DNA of 64,000 bases from an uncultured Gammaproteobacteria bacterium (GCA_964590105.1 CAZPYM010000002.1:90697-154696); one strand, 5' to 3'. Positions 47,918 to 57,436 are shown, numbered from the stretch's first letter. The notes: generated by a model not told the origin, from the sequence alone. A program made the numbers and translations.

Positions 47918-49009
47918 ATGAAAATATTGGCTATTGAAACATCCTGCGATGAAACAGCTGCCGCGGTGATTGAAGCCGCGCGCGGTAATTTTAATATTTT
48001 ATCAAATGTGGTTTCTTCGCAAGTCAAAGTGCACGCGAAATATGGCGGTATTGTGCCGGAAGTGGCGGCGCGATTGCATATTGAAAACATTTTGTCTATT
48101 ATTAAGCTCGCCTTGAAGCAAGCCAAGACAAGAATGTCAGATTTAAAAGCAATCGCTGTTTGTTCCGGGCCGGGATTAGTTAGTTCGTTAATGGTCGGCG
48201 TAGAAACAGCCAAGACTTTGGCGTATGCGTGCAATATTCCGCTGATCAAAATAAATCATATTGAAGGGCATTTACTTTCAGTAGAAAATTCAAAGTCCAA
48301 AGACCAAAGTTTAAAGGAAATTCAAAATTCAAAATTCAAAATTCAAAAAAGAACAATTAGATTTCCGGCCGTTGCTCTGATTGTCTCCGGCGGGCACACG
48401 CAGATTATTTTGGTCAAAGATTATTTGAAATATAAATTAATAGGGGAGACTCTGGACGACGCTGCCGGCGAAGCATTTGATAAGGTGGCGAAGATTTTGG
48501 GACTTGGTTATCCCGGAGGGCCGGCGATTTCCGCTTGTGCGGAGAAAGGACAAGGATTAATGGCTAGAGAGATAAAGCTTCCGCGGCCGATGATTAATTC
48601 GAATAATTTTGATATGAGTTTTTCGGGATTGAAAACAGCAACACTTTATTCGTGGCAAAAATTATCCAAAGGAGTAAAAGGAAAAAAACTGGAAATTTTG
48701 AAGCAAGAGTTTGCCCATGAATTTCAAAATGCAGTCGTGGAAGTGCTGACTGCAAAAACTATACGGGCCGCAGGAAGATTCAAAGCCAAGACTATCATTC
48801 TTGGCGGCGGCGTGTCAGCAAATCAGGCCCTGCGGCAACGATTTTCCGCCGCCGCCGCGCGTGCGGATTTTAATTTGCTGATTCCGGATTTAAAATTAAC
48901 CGGCGACAACGCGGCCATGATTGGTTTTGCCGCTTATTATCATATAATCAAGAAGGATTTTGTGAAGCCATTCAAATTAAAGGCGGAGCCTAATTGGGAA
49001 CTGGTATGA
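47918..49009 (+). CDS. tsaD: tRNA N6-adenosine threonylcarbamoyltransferase TsaD (Kae1/OSGEP family), with low-complexity insertion
   Basis: MKILAIETSCDETAAAVI, HIEGHL, GGV(S)AN motifs. Insertion KSKDQSLKEIQNSKFKIQKRT is encoded by the aaattcaaaattcaaaattcaaaa tandem repeat (48325-48350). Confidence 0.95.
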   Translation: MKILAIETSCDETAAAVIEAARGNFNILSNVVSSQVKVHAKYGGIVPEVAARLHIENILSIIKLALKQAKTRMSDLKAIAVCSGPGLVSSLMVGVETAKTLAYACNIPLIKINHIEGHLLSVENSKSKDQSLKEIQNSKFKIQKRTIRFPAVALIVSGGHTQIILVKDYLKYKLIGETLDDAAGEAFDKVAKILGLGYPGGPAISACAEKGQGLMAREIKLPRPMINSNNFDMSFSGLKTATLYSWQKLSKGVKGKKLEILKQEFAHEFQNAVVEVLTAKTIRAAGRFKAKTIILGGGVSANQALRQRFSAAAARADFNLLIPDLKLTGDNAAMIGFAAYYHIIKKDFVKPFKLKAEPNWELV

Positions 49010-49440
49010 AAGAAATAACAAAGTCGGAATTGGAAACAATTAATCTCGGAAAAAAATTTGCCAGAACCTTGAAAGGCGGCGAAGTGGTTTTGTTGGTCGG
49101 AGATTTGGGGGCCGGAAAAACTATTTTTGCAAAAGGAGTGGCGCTGGGGCTTGGAATCAAAAAAAATATTACCAGCCCGACGTTTGTTTTGATGAAAGTT
49201 TATAAAGTTACAAGCGCCAAATTACAAGTGACAAGTTTAATACATATTGATACTTATAGAGGACTAAGTCTGTCTGATCTGGAAAACATTGGAGCATTGG
49301 AATATTTTGGCCGGCCGGATTCAATTTGTCTTATAGAGTGGGGGGCGGGTTTGGAAAAATATCTAAAATCTCAAAAGATTAAGGTAATTAAAATTAAAAT
49401 TAAGAATTTAGATGAAGAGACAAGGGAAATTAATTATTAA
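49006..49440 (+). CDS. tsaE: tRNA threonylcarbamoyladenosine biosynthesis ATPase TsaE (YjeE)
   Basis: P-loop VLLVGDLGAGKTIFAKGVA and SPTFVLMKVY. ATG overlaps the tsaD stop (ATGA); the ORF-track start 48994 is TTG. Confidence 0.85.
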   Translation: MKEITKSELETINLGKKFARTLKGGEVVLLVGDLGAGKTIFAKGVALGLGIKKNITSPTFVLMKVYKVTSAKLQVTSLIHIDTYRGLSLSDLENIGALEYFGRPDSICLIEWGAGLEKYLKSQKIKVIKIKIKNLDEETREINY

Positions 49441-49496
49441 GTAAGTTGGTTCTTTTATAAAAAGAAAACCGGCTCTGCTTTGGCAGGGTCGGTTTT

Positions 49497-49721
49497 TTAA
49501 CACGCAAGATGTTCTGTTACCTGAGAAATTTCAATTTCCGGAAAGTCATTTTGTTCATTGTCTTCGCGACAATTCTCGCAATACTCGAAAGCTACAATGA
49601 TTCCTTCAAGTCGAGTGATGCCGGCAATGTCAGCAGTCAGGATTCTTAGATTCTCAAGGTTGTCGACAATCACTTCGCGGCCGCATCGGCCGCATTTGAT
49701 TTTATTTGCGAGAGCGGTCAT
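49497..49721 (-). CDS. Small zinc-ribbon protein, hypothetical
   Basis: CGRCGREV ... CENCRED, i.e. two CxxC pairs; 74 aa. Confidence 0.35.
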   Translation of the reverse strand: MTALANKIKCGRCGREVIVDNLENLRILTADIAGITRLEGIIVAFEYCENCREDNEQNDFPEIEISQVTEHLAC

Positions 49722-49813
49722 GGTCGCACCTCCTTTTGGCTTAACAAAGGAGCGTACCAGTATTTGAATAATTTGTCAAGGGCAGGGTAATAAAACAATT
49801 GAAAGTTTTGATT

Positions 49814-50425
49814 TTAACGAATTGCACGCAGCGCGGTAGCCATTTCACGAGTATGCTCTGGTCGACTTTGTAAAACCTCGGCGCTATAACGCGCATATTT
49901 TTGAAGCGCCTCAATATAGGCAGTTTTATTTTTTGCTTCTGTCCAATCCGGTAGTTGTTCCATTATCATTCGGTCTCCGGACGAGTCGTCAAATCTTTTT
50001 GCCGGATTTTTTGTCACATCAATTAAAATTCTATGACCCCTATATTCGATGAAAGCGTCAACCCCATGTTTTTCGTCAAGCGGGGAGCCAACGCTGGTAA
50101 AAAATTTTAAGTGTTCAGCGTCTTCGTCATCTGGATCAAGTCCCAGTTCGTCGCAAATAAAGTCAAGCAAGTCGCGGGCAACCTTTTTACTGGGGCTGGC
50201 GGCGTCCTTCCATGGTTGAAATGCTTTGGCAAATTTTAAAGCAGCATTAAACGGCAAATAAAAACCAGCCTTGGTTGGTGACTGTCCGCCGCTTAATTGT
50301 TTATAAAATTCCATGGCGGCAGACCTTTTATCTCCCTTGAGATCAATTTTGCCAAAATACTCTTCTTCTAAAATTTTGCCAGTTGTTGGGTCTGAATCTG
50401 TTGGTGAATAATATCGCTTAGCCAT
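49814..50425 (-). CDS. Hypothetical protein (203 aa)
   Basis: No recognised motifs. Confidence 0.4.
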   Translation of the reverse strand: MAKRYYSPTDSDPTTGKILEEEYFGKIDLKGDKRSAAMEFYKQLSGGQSPTKAGFYLPFNAALKFAKAFQPWKDAASPSKKVARDLLDFICDELGLDPDDEDAEHLKFFTSVGSPLDEKHGVDAFIEYRGHRILIDVTKNPAKRFDDSSGDRMIMEQLPDWTEAKNKTAYIEALQKYARYSAEVLQSRPEHTREMATALRAIR

Positions 50426-50550
50426 AAAAATTAGTTATATATTAAATAAAATTATTCGCTAACTCTGAATACTTCGTCCCCCGAAGTTTTTTTCTATAAG
50501 GTTTTTTGGCGTTTTGTCATTTCTTTAATTAATGTGGAGTCGGACATGTC

Positions 50551-51432
50551 CTAATTATTTTTAGAATTTGATTTATAGTTTGCCAGAAAAAAATCAGGAA
50601 TGTATCTGGTGGGGCCATACTGGCCTAGTGGTGTATCAGTTTCTCTCCCATGCGAATCAGAACCGCCGGTGTAATGAAGTGATCGCGCTTCAACTACTTT
50701 TTTTAATAAGTCTATCTGTTCGTTAGTCATGCGGTTGTGGTAGACCTCAATGCCGGTCAATCCAATTTTGAGAAGGTTATTAATTTTAGATTCATTAAGA
50801 GGAAGAGTGACAACGCTCACGGAGACGAAGGGATGAGCAATAATAAGGTCTTGTGCAATGCCTTTAAACTTTTGTATTAGCCATTCGACTGTAACGCCAC
50901 TTCTTTCCACTGCACAAAATTTACCGGGTGCCTGGTATTCATAAAATACATCATCTGGGGTAAACTGTTTGCCGAATTTTTCTAAAAAAAAGTTTTGATT
51001 GACCCTATTTTCGCAAATATCAAGAGCAATGGTCAAGGTTACTGGCTGCTTTTCATTAAGACTGAGGCCTTCGGTTACCGCAAGGCCCGCTTTTCGAGAA
51101 AGCCTTATGGCTGATTCCATCTCCTTTGTTTTTTGACAATGCACGATCGCATTGCGTTCTTTTAATATTTCCGCGACCAAAGCTATATTAAAATCATAGG
51201 CCAAAACATGGATTTCGTTATTGTTGTATTTTGCTGTCAACTCGATTGCCGGAATAACGACAATGCTAGATCCTTCCAGTACAGCCATCAGCTCTTGGAT
51301 GCCCCCCACACTATTATGATCAGCCAAGGCACAGTACTCAAGCTTTTTTTCTTTAACAATCTTTGCGATTTGAGGTACTGATAGTTTACCATCGGAATGG
51401 GTGGAGTGTATATGCAGATCCAGTTTAGACAT
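50551..51432 (-). CDS. PHP-domain metal-dependent phosphoesterase
   Basis: MSKLDLHIHSTHSDG (HxH), ADHNS and further His/Asp ligands typical of PHP (TrpH/YciV-like). Confidence 0.8.
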   Translation of the reverse strand: MSKLDLHIHSTHSDGKLSVPQIAKIVKEKKLEYCALADHNSVGGIQELMAVLEGSSIVVIPAIELTAKYNNNEIHVLAYDFNIALVAEILKERNAIVHCQKTKEMESAIRLSRKAGLAVTEGLSLNEKQPVTLTIALDICENRVNQNFFLEKFGKQFTPDDVFYEYQAPGKFCAVERSGVTVEWLIQKFKGIAQDLIIAHPFVSVSVVTLPLNESKINNLLKIGLTGIEVYHNRMTNEQIDLLKKVVEARSLHYTGGSDSHGRETDTPLGQYGPTRYIPDFFLANYKSNSKNN

Positions 51433-51657
51433 AGATTAAATCTTTATGATAAGAGCCTTTTCGTCTTTTCAGGTTTGTGGTAGCAGGGCTGCGGTACATT
51501 TAGATAAATACGAGAGCGATTTCGTCGTAACGTTCGCATATATCTGATAGCCGACCTTCGCGAGGATATGGGCGGAGATTTGCCGTTAGGCAAGCCGTAG
51601 CCAGAGACGTAATGAAAAGTTTTAATTTTGTGATAACAAAATAATTCAAGACTATTT

Positions 51658-52704
51658 TTATTTTTTTTCCATTAATCCTGTGTTTTTCACGCCTAAAATA
51701 AAATATGGATTTTGAGAATCTTTTCTTTGCATAACTACCCAATAAGGTTTATCTAAAATAAAATTCTTGGGTTTTTGGGGAAGCTCTAACCCCATTGTTA
51801 GTGCAATAACGGCTTCATTTTCTACTCTAGCCCCTTTTTCATCCATGTCAAACTTAATATTTTCAAACATTTCAGCAATAAAATAATTTTCAAAACTTTT
51901 ATTAGCTAACTGTTTTCCAAGTAACTCAATATAATCTCGATGGTGATCAAGATGTAATTTGGGAGCTTCAAAATGATCAGAATCACCGATAGTTGCAAGA
52001 CGACCTTGATTATTTTGATTGATTTCCTTAACAATGATTTGCGGATCATTCATATTATAACCCTTTGCCAAAATTAACTGATCACTCTCATCTTTAAGTT
52101 GTAAACTAACGATAAATTTATCATCATTTTCGTATTTAATAATTTTTACATTATTTCTCTGGTCTTTGTCTTTGGCATAAAATCCTTTTACCTTTTGTTC
52201 GTCAAAAGAAACATCTTTTTTTTCAAATACGGTTTTATACTCAACTTCTTTTAGAAAATATGCATAAGAAATGATATCAGTTGGACTTAAACCAAAACTT
52301 AAGTCGGCAAAGCTTTTGCTGGGAAATTTTTCTTTAGATTCTTTGTTGATGGTATTTACGGTTTCTTGCCCATAACCGCTTTTGATGTAATAACTTTTTT
52401 GGTCTAAATCGTTCTTAGTAAATATGGGGTTATTAAATTTTTCTACCATTTCTATGGCAATCTTTTCATCGGTATTAAGTTTTAATTTTTCGTTTAAAAT
52501 ATTATCATTTAATTCGTTCCATGCCAGGTTCATTGCTCCGCCCCAGACATAATTTTCTTTGTAATCACTGCCAAGATAATTGCCGGTAATATTTACTTTG
52601 GTATTCTGAATAACCTGCGGCTGGCTTGGAGTCTGTTGATTAGCGCAACCAGTTAACAAAAATATGATTGCAATAGCCGGTGTAAAAAGTAGTAGTTTTT
52701 TCAT
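51658..52704 (-). CDS. Serpin-like lipoprotein (serine protease inhibitor family)
   Basis: Lipobox LLTGC. C-terminal EKGARVENEAVIALTMGLE (hinge-like) and FILDKPYWVVMQRKDSQNPYFILGVKN, resembling the serpin F.ADHPFLF.IR...G.ILF.G signature. Confidence 0.55.
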   Translation of the reverse strand: MKKLLLFTPAIAIIFLLTGCANQQTPSQPQVIQNTKVNITGNYLGSDYKENYVWGGAMNLAWNELNDNILNEKLKLNTDEKIAIEMVEKFNNPIFTKNDLDQKSYYIKSGYGQETVNTINKESKEKFPSKSFADLSFGLSPTDIISYAYFLKEVEYKTVFEKKDVSFDEQKVKGFYAKDKDQRNNVKIIKYENDDKFIVSLQLKDESDQLILAKGYNMNDPQIIVKEINQNNQGRLATIGDSDHFEAPKLHLDHHRDYIELLGKQLANKSFENYFIAEMFENIKFDMDEKGARVENEAVIALTMGLELPQKPKNFILDKPYWVVMQRKDSQNPYFILGVKNTGLMEKK

Positions 52705-52807
52705 AGTTTTTTATTTTAAAAATTAAAAGTAGTCTCAAAAAAGATAACGTGTAGCTCCGATGAAGGAGGGGCGAGAGTTCAACGTGGTGCGACCGATAGG
52801 GAGCAAG

Positions 52808-53506
52808 TTAAGAAAAGGCTTTTTTAATTTCATCAAAATCAACTTCAATAAACCTGCCAAAAAATTTCGTGATATTTCGTAAATCTCTATCCAGGATTTC
52901 CTCTGCATTAGGATTGGTCCTTTTGTCTAATGCTTGAGGAAAATCAATAACATAAGGCTCGTTATCCCACCAAAGGACATTATATTCTGACAAATCCGCA
53001 TGAACTATGCCAAAATTCCAAAGCACAATCATTGTATCCAATATTTTCTTGAAAGCATTTTTTGCTTCATCTGCCGATAAGTCAACATCGCATAATCTGG
53101 GAGCTGCAATTTCTCGATTGCCTAAAAATTCCATAAATATTGCATCTCCAATATGTAATACGGGTTTTGGAATCTTGGCTCCCGCCGTATATAATTTTTC
53201 AAGTATGAAATATTCTCTTTTTACCCAATTTTGGTGCTTTAATTTTTTGGCAAATTTATTTCCTTTAGCTACAGCTTTTCTGTGAGATGGTTTCTTATAA
53301 TATTTGCCCATCAAGTATTGACCTGTGTTTTTGAATGATCTTTCTTCAGGTTTTTTATAGACTTTCATCGCAACTAATTGATTGTCTAGTATAACTTTAT
53401 AAACAGTTGCTTCTTTCCCAGATTTTATATTAGAAACCATCTTAATTTCATGATTGAGACGTTTTGCTTCATCAATTATATTTTTAACTTCATTGTTTAT
53501 TGTCAT
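52808..53506 (-). CDS. RIO-type serine/threonine protein kinase
   Basis: GKEATVYKV (ATP-binding), IVHADLSEYNVLW (catalytic loop), YVIDFPQA (metal-binding) are the RIO1 family signatures. Confidence 0.7.
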   Translation of the reverse strand: MTINNEVKNIIDEAKRLNHEIKMVSNIKSGKEATVYKVILDNQLVAMKVYKKPEERSFKNTGQYLMGKYYKKPSHRKAVAKGNKFAKKLKHQNWVKREYFILEKLYTAGAKIPKPVLHIGDAIFMEFLGNREIAAPRLCDVDLSADEAKNAFKKILDTMIVLWNFGIVHADLSEYNVLWWDNEPYVIDFPQALDKRTNPNAEEILDRDLRNITKFFGRFIEVDFDEIKKAFS

Positions 53507-53800
53507 GTGGTAAAGCTGTGGTTTTAAAAAAGCCTTTTCTTAATTTTGTCCAACGTATCTGACTCTCTGATGTTCCGACGTAGCGTAGCGAAGTACGGAA
53601 TATGGGTGGAGCGACTATTCTATTTGAAAAATCCAATTCATTCGAAAATGAGCGGAACCAGATACTCAGTGTTAGCTGATGTAGCGAAAAACAAACATTC
53701 CTTATTATGAGCCCTATTTTTTTCAAGCCCTTTTGAAATTTTGTCTAATCAAGCAAAGGTGAATAGGCTGGGAGGTTGTGGAATAGCCTTGGAACTTTTA

Positions 53801-54664
53801 TCAATAATTTGTTATAAATTCTAACACATTTTTTGCGGTATCAAACTTTGCTTCATGCAATTCCTTTGCCAGCCTTAACCCCCGATAGTACAAGGCAACT
53901 TTAAATATTGGATCATAGTTTTTTTCGTGTCCGTATAATCGTTTTGCATTCGTCAAAAGTATTTTTGCATCCTCTGTGCGATCAGTATAGCCGATCAACT
54001 GCAGTGCTGTGTAGGCAAAATCATAATATTTTAATGACCAACCCGCCCAGCCAGTATCAATCAATAACAATTCGCCGTCATTCAATCTGCCAATATGCCA
54101 TGGCACGATATCATGATGCTGGAATGCCCAGTTACTACCAAACTCACTCATTACACCAATAGCCTGGTCAACAAAGGTTTTTGAAATTAATTCATTTTCA
54201 AGTAAATAGATAGAATTAGTATGGATGTTTTTTTGAAAATTACCTTTTCTAAACATCCAATCATCTTTAATCGTCTGCGGTAGGTCTTTAAATAATATAT
54301 TTCTCATCACCTTTTGCAATTTCATGTATTTATCCAAATAACATTGAATTGGCTCATTGCTACCGCCCAATTCGCCCAACCACACTACCTGTCCTGTTAT
54401 ATCCGAAAACACTATCATTCCATCATCCAAGGTTGTTGGTAGAAACTTAAATCCGCAATCATTTTTCAGAGCAAGATTATGTAAAAATTTTTGGTTATTA
54501 TATTCACGATCGATCATCTTTTTACCGGCGTCAGTCATTGGAGTCTTAATAAAAACTTTTGACGAATCAATTTTTCGACTAGCTAAAACAACCGAATAGT
54601 CGTTAGTTTTCTTAATCGTTGAATTGTAAATATATTTTTCTAATTTCATATAAAGTTTTTCCAA
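53801..54664 (-). CDS. Aminoglycoside phosphotransferase/choline kinase-like (APH) family kinase
   Basis: HHDIVPWHIGRLNDGELLLIDTGWAGW matches the Brenner/APH catalytic motif HGD..P.N...IDWE. Confidence 0.6.
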   Translation of the reverse strand: MEKLYMKLEKYIYNSTIKKTNDYSVVLASRKIDSSKVFIKTPMTDAGKKMIDREYNNQKFLHNLALKNDCGFKFLPTTLDDGMIVFSDITGQVVWLGELGGSNEPIQCYLDKYMKLQKVMRNILFKDLPQTIKDDWMFRKGNFQKNIHTNSIYLLENELISKTFVDQAIGVMSEFGSNWAFQHHDIVPWHIGRLNDGELLLIDTGWAGWSLKYYDFAYTALQLIGYTDRTEDAKILLTNAKRLYGHEKNYDPIFKVALYYRGLRLAKELHEAKFDTAKNVLEFITNY

Positions 54665-54721
54665 ATTTCAAAAGGGCTTGAAAAAAAATTAATAAAGAGT
54701 TTGTTTTTTGCTATTTCAGCT

Positions 54722-54959
54722 AACTGGTTTCTATGCGAAAATAGTTCGCCTTTGATACAAAATTGCGCAGTAAAGGCGAAGTTCGGCAATTTGGATGTTA
54801 CTCCGCCACGCGGAAGACTTCATCCAGCGAAGTGATTCCTTTCAGCGCTTTCATCAGTCCGTCCTGGACCATGGTAATCATGCCGTTCTTGACGGCGAAT
54901 TCCTGCATGTCGTATTCAGAAACTTTGCCGCCGAGAATTATTTTTTCAATTTCCTTGGT
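54722..54959. repeat. 238-bp direct repeat A: duplicated copy of the pilB 3' end and downstream sequence
   Basis: Nearly identical (a handful of substitutions, no indels) to 55570-55807. Confidence 0.8.
54798..54959 (-). pseudogene. Truncated 3' fragment of a pilB/gspE-type ATPase gene (last 53 codons plus stop)
   Basis: Minus-strand translation ends ...GKVSEYDMQEFA.KNGMITMVQDGLMKALKGITSLDEVFRVAE*, the same as the PilB C-terminus at 55646-55807. No upstream coding continuation. Confidence 0.75.
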
Positions 54960-54966
54960 CGTCTAG

Positions 54967-54995
54967 CTTGACATAGGCCAGAAGATGTGCTATCC
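54967..54995 (+). promoter_or_regulatory. Sigma70-type promoter TTGACA, 17 nt, TGcTATCCT (extended -10) for the cassette gene
   Basis: ttgacataggccagaagatgtgctatcct; RBS aaggagg at 55037-55043. Confidence 0.5.
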
Positions 54996-55049
54996 TGATA
55001 AAAGTCAGTAATGGTATTGATAAGTCAAACCTTAACAAAGGAGGAAGTC

Positions 55050-55442
55050 ATGGCAACAGACGGACCAACCCCTGCATCTTGTGATCAAGAGATTTTTCAG
55101 AAAGGCGAGCCCGTGGCCTTTTTGGACGGTAGTTCAAATGCCGTCGAAAATTGGGTTCAAGAAGTCGCCAAAAAGGCAAATGCTCGTGTCGACTGGCATT
55201 ACAGTGGCGGTATCGCTCAGGTCCTTCATTTTGGAGACATGGAAAGCCGCCGGCGTGTTGAAAAAGCAATCGTGAATATGCAGGAAGTCGACAACCCTAG
55301 CGTTATGCGTCGATTAATAGCAGGCTCGCCTGGTTTGTATCGCAAGGGCGTTACAGAAGCACCAAAAGGCGCAGTCGCTGGGTTCATGGATCCGATTTCC
55401 GGCAAGCAAGCCTATATAGTGGTCGACTCAAGCGAGGATTAG
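55050..55442 (+). CDS. Hypothetical protein (130 aa), G+C-elevated cassette gene flanked by pilB 3'-end repeats
   Basis: RBS aaggagg 6 nt before ATG 55050. No recognised motifs. Followed by hairpin ccgccaatataccacaaaggttgaggcgg plus ttttttt (55470-55510). Confidence 0.45.
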   Translation: MATDGPTPASCDQEIFQKGEPVAFLDGSSNAVENWVQEVAKKANARVDWHYSGGIAQVLHFGDMESRRRVEKAIVNMQEVDNPSVMRRLIAGSPGLYRKGVTEAPKGAVAGFMDPISGKQAYIVVDSSED

Positions 55443-55569
55443 TTTACGTATTTTGCGCTCCACTGAATACCGCCAATATACCACAAAGGTTGAGGCGGTT
55501 TTTTTATTTAAAAAATTGAAAAAGGGCTTTTTAAAAAATAAATAATTATTTATTTTTTCTTTTTTACGG

Positions 55570-55807
55570 AACTGGTTTCTATGCGAAAATATTTCGCTTT
55601 AGCCGGAAAGTCTGGTAACAAAGGCGAAGTTCGGCAATTTGGATGTTACTCCGCCACGCGGAAAACTTCATCCAGTGAAGTGATTCCTTTCAGCGCTTTC
55701 ATCAGTCCGTCCTGAACCATGGTGATCATGCCGTTCTTGATGGCGAATTCCTGCATGTCGTATTCAGAAACTTTGCCGCTCAGAATTATTTTTTCAATTT
55801 CCTTGGT
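55570..55807. repeat. 238-bp direct repeat B (native pilB 3' end)
   Basis: Matches 54722-54959. Confidence 0.8.
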
Positions 55808-57436
55808 CATGATCATAATTTCATAAATGCCGATCCGGCCCTTGTAGCCGATGTTGTGGCAAACTTCACAGCCGGGGCTTTTGAAAAATTTCATATTTGC
55901 CAGATCCGGTCGGTCAGGATGGCCTTCGGGTATTGCTTCTAATATTTTTTTGGCTTTTTCCAGTTTTTCCGGTTCCACTTCTGCTTCCTGGCGGCATTTT
56001 TCACACAGCCGGCGGACTAGCCTCTGTCCCATGATTGCATTAAGAGCCGGCGCCATTAAAAATGGTTGGACTCCCATGGCCAGAAATCTGGGAATTGCTC
56101 CGGCCGCGCTATTTGTATGAATAGTGGATATTACCAAGTGGCCGGTAAGCGCCGCGTTGATAGCCACGTCAGCGGTTTCAAGGTCGCGAAGCTCGCCGAC
56201 CATAACAACATCAGGATCCTGACGCAGGATTGAGCGCAGACCATCGGCGAAAGAATAACCTTTGCTATGATCGATTTGGCTTTGGTTGATTCCTTCAAGT
56301 TTATACTCAACAGGATCTTCGAGCGTGATGACTTTAACTCCTTCAACATTTAATTTATTTAAAATCGCGTACAAAGTGGTTGTTTTACCGGAACCGGTCG
56401 GGCCGGTGGTGACAATCATGCCGTTCGGCCGTTCGGCTTGTTCTTTTAGATTGGCAAATGATTTGCCGATTAAACCAAGATCTTCGAAGCTCAGGCCGAC
56501 AGTGCTGGATTTGAGCAAACGCATAACCACGCTCTCTCCCCAGGTGGTCGGTAGTGTGGAAACACGGACATCGATTTTTTCTTTTGTCAGTGAAATTGTA
56601 AAACGCCCGTCCTGCGGCTTGTCAGTAATATTAATTTTCAAACCAGATAATAATTTAACTCTGGAAATAACTTTTGACCAGCTATCTTTGTCAATCGAGG
56701 CGGTATCATGCAAAATTCCGTCAATGCGGAATCTGACTTTTACGTTTTTATCTTCAGCTTCAATATGGATGTCTGACGACCCGGCCTGAATTGAAGCTGC
56801 AATAATCAGCGTAACCATTTCAGTCATGTTTACTTTTTTAATATGAGCATCCAGCGCCTTTAGATCAGTGGCAATTTTTTTGAATTCTTCTAGCTCTTCT
56901 TCCTTGATCTCAACACCGGCAACCGGTTTTTTGTATTTTGGCAGTTTGGCGTAAATGGCCAGCGCTTTGGCCAAATTTCTTTCAGAAATTAAATATATTT
57001 CCGTGTGGGCGCGCAAAGATTCTTCTAGACTGTGCTGAATTTTTTCAATTTCCGGATTTTCTGGCTCAGTGGTGGCCAGGCGCAGTTGCTCGCCAGTATT
57101 GACGAAGCAGACGATTTTTTGTTCTTGGCAAACATTTTGCGGAATGGTTTGTAGAGCTTCGGCGCTTATTGGGAATTCTGTAAAATCAATGTAGGGGAGA
57201 CCCAAGCCTTGCGCATTGGCTTTTATTTTTCCTTCATTTTCATTAATTGTTATTTGTTCCAGCTTGTCGACAAGCTTTTTCGCCACCGGAATATCGTCGG
57301 TTAGAGAGCCTTTTTTGGTTTTGGGAGCAGTTGACTGGCGGTCGTCAGACGCCTGAGACGCAGCTTGCTTGCCCGTAAGGCTGGTTTTGCCTTTGGCAGT
57401 CAGGAGGTCTTCAATTGAGGAGGTTGCTTTGACCAT
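55646..57436 (-). CDS. pilB: Type IV pilus assembly/type II secretion ATPase (PilB/GspE family)
   Basis: N-terminal GspE_N domain, Walker A VTTGPTGSGKTTTLYAIL, Asp and His boxes, and tetracysteine C-terminal motif CEKCRQ...CEVC. Confidence 0.9.
   Translation of the reverse strand: MVKATSSIEDLLTAKGKTSLTGKQAASQASDDRQSTAPKTKKGSLTDDIPVAKKLVDKLEQITINENEGKIKANAQGLGLPYIDFTEFPISAEALQTIPQNVCQEQKIVCFVNTGEQLRLATTEPENPEIEKIQHSLEESLRAHTEIYLISERNLAKALAIYAKLPKYKKPVAGVEIKEEELEEFKKIATDLKALDAHIKKVNMTEMVTLIIAASIQAGSSDIHIEAEDKNVKVRFRIDGILHDTASIDKDSWSKVISRVKLLSGLKINITDKPQDGRFTISLTKEKIDVRVSTLPTTWGESVVMRLLKSSTVGLSFEDLGLIGKSFANLKEQAERPNGMIVTTGPTGSGKTTTLYAILNKLNVEGVKVITLEDPVEYKLEGINQSQIDHSKGYSFADGLRSILRQDPDVVMVGELRDLETADVAINAALTGHLVISTIHTNSAAGAIPRFLAMGVQPFLMAPALNAIMGQRLVRRLCEKCRQEAEVEPEKLEKAKKILEAIPEGHPDRPDLANMKFFKSPGCEVCHNIGYKGRIGIYEIMIMTKEIEKIILSGKVSEYDMQEFAIKNGMITMVQDGLMKALKGITSLDEVFRVAE

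Noticed and set aside
48325-48350. Possible CRISPR-like or microsatellite array (aaattcaaaattcaaaattcaaaa)
   Set aside because: Units are 6-7 bp with no spacers, and they are inside the tsaD frame. This is simple tandem slippage, not a CRISPR array. No CRISPR repeat-spacer structure was seen anywhere in the window.
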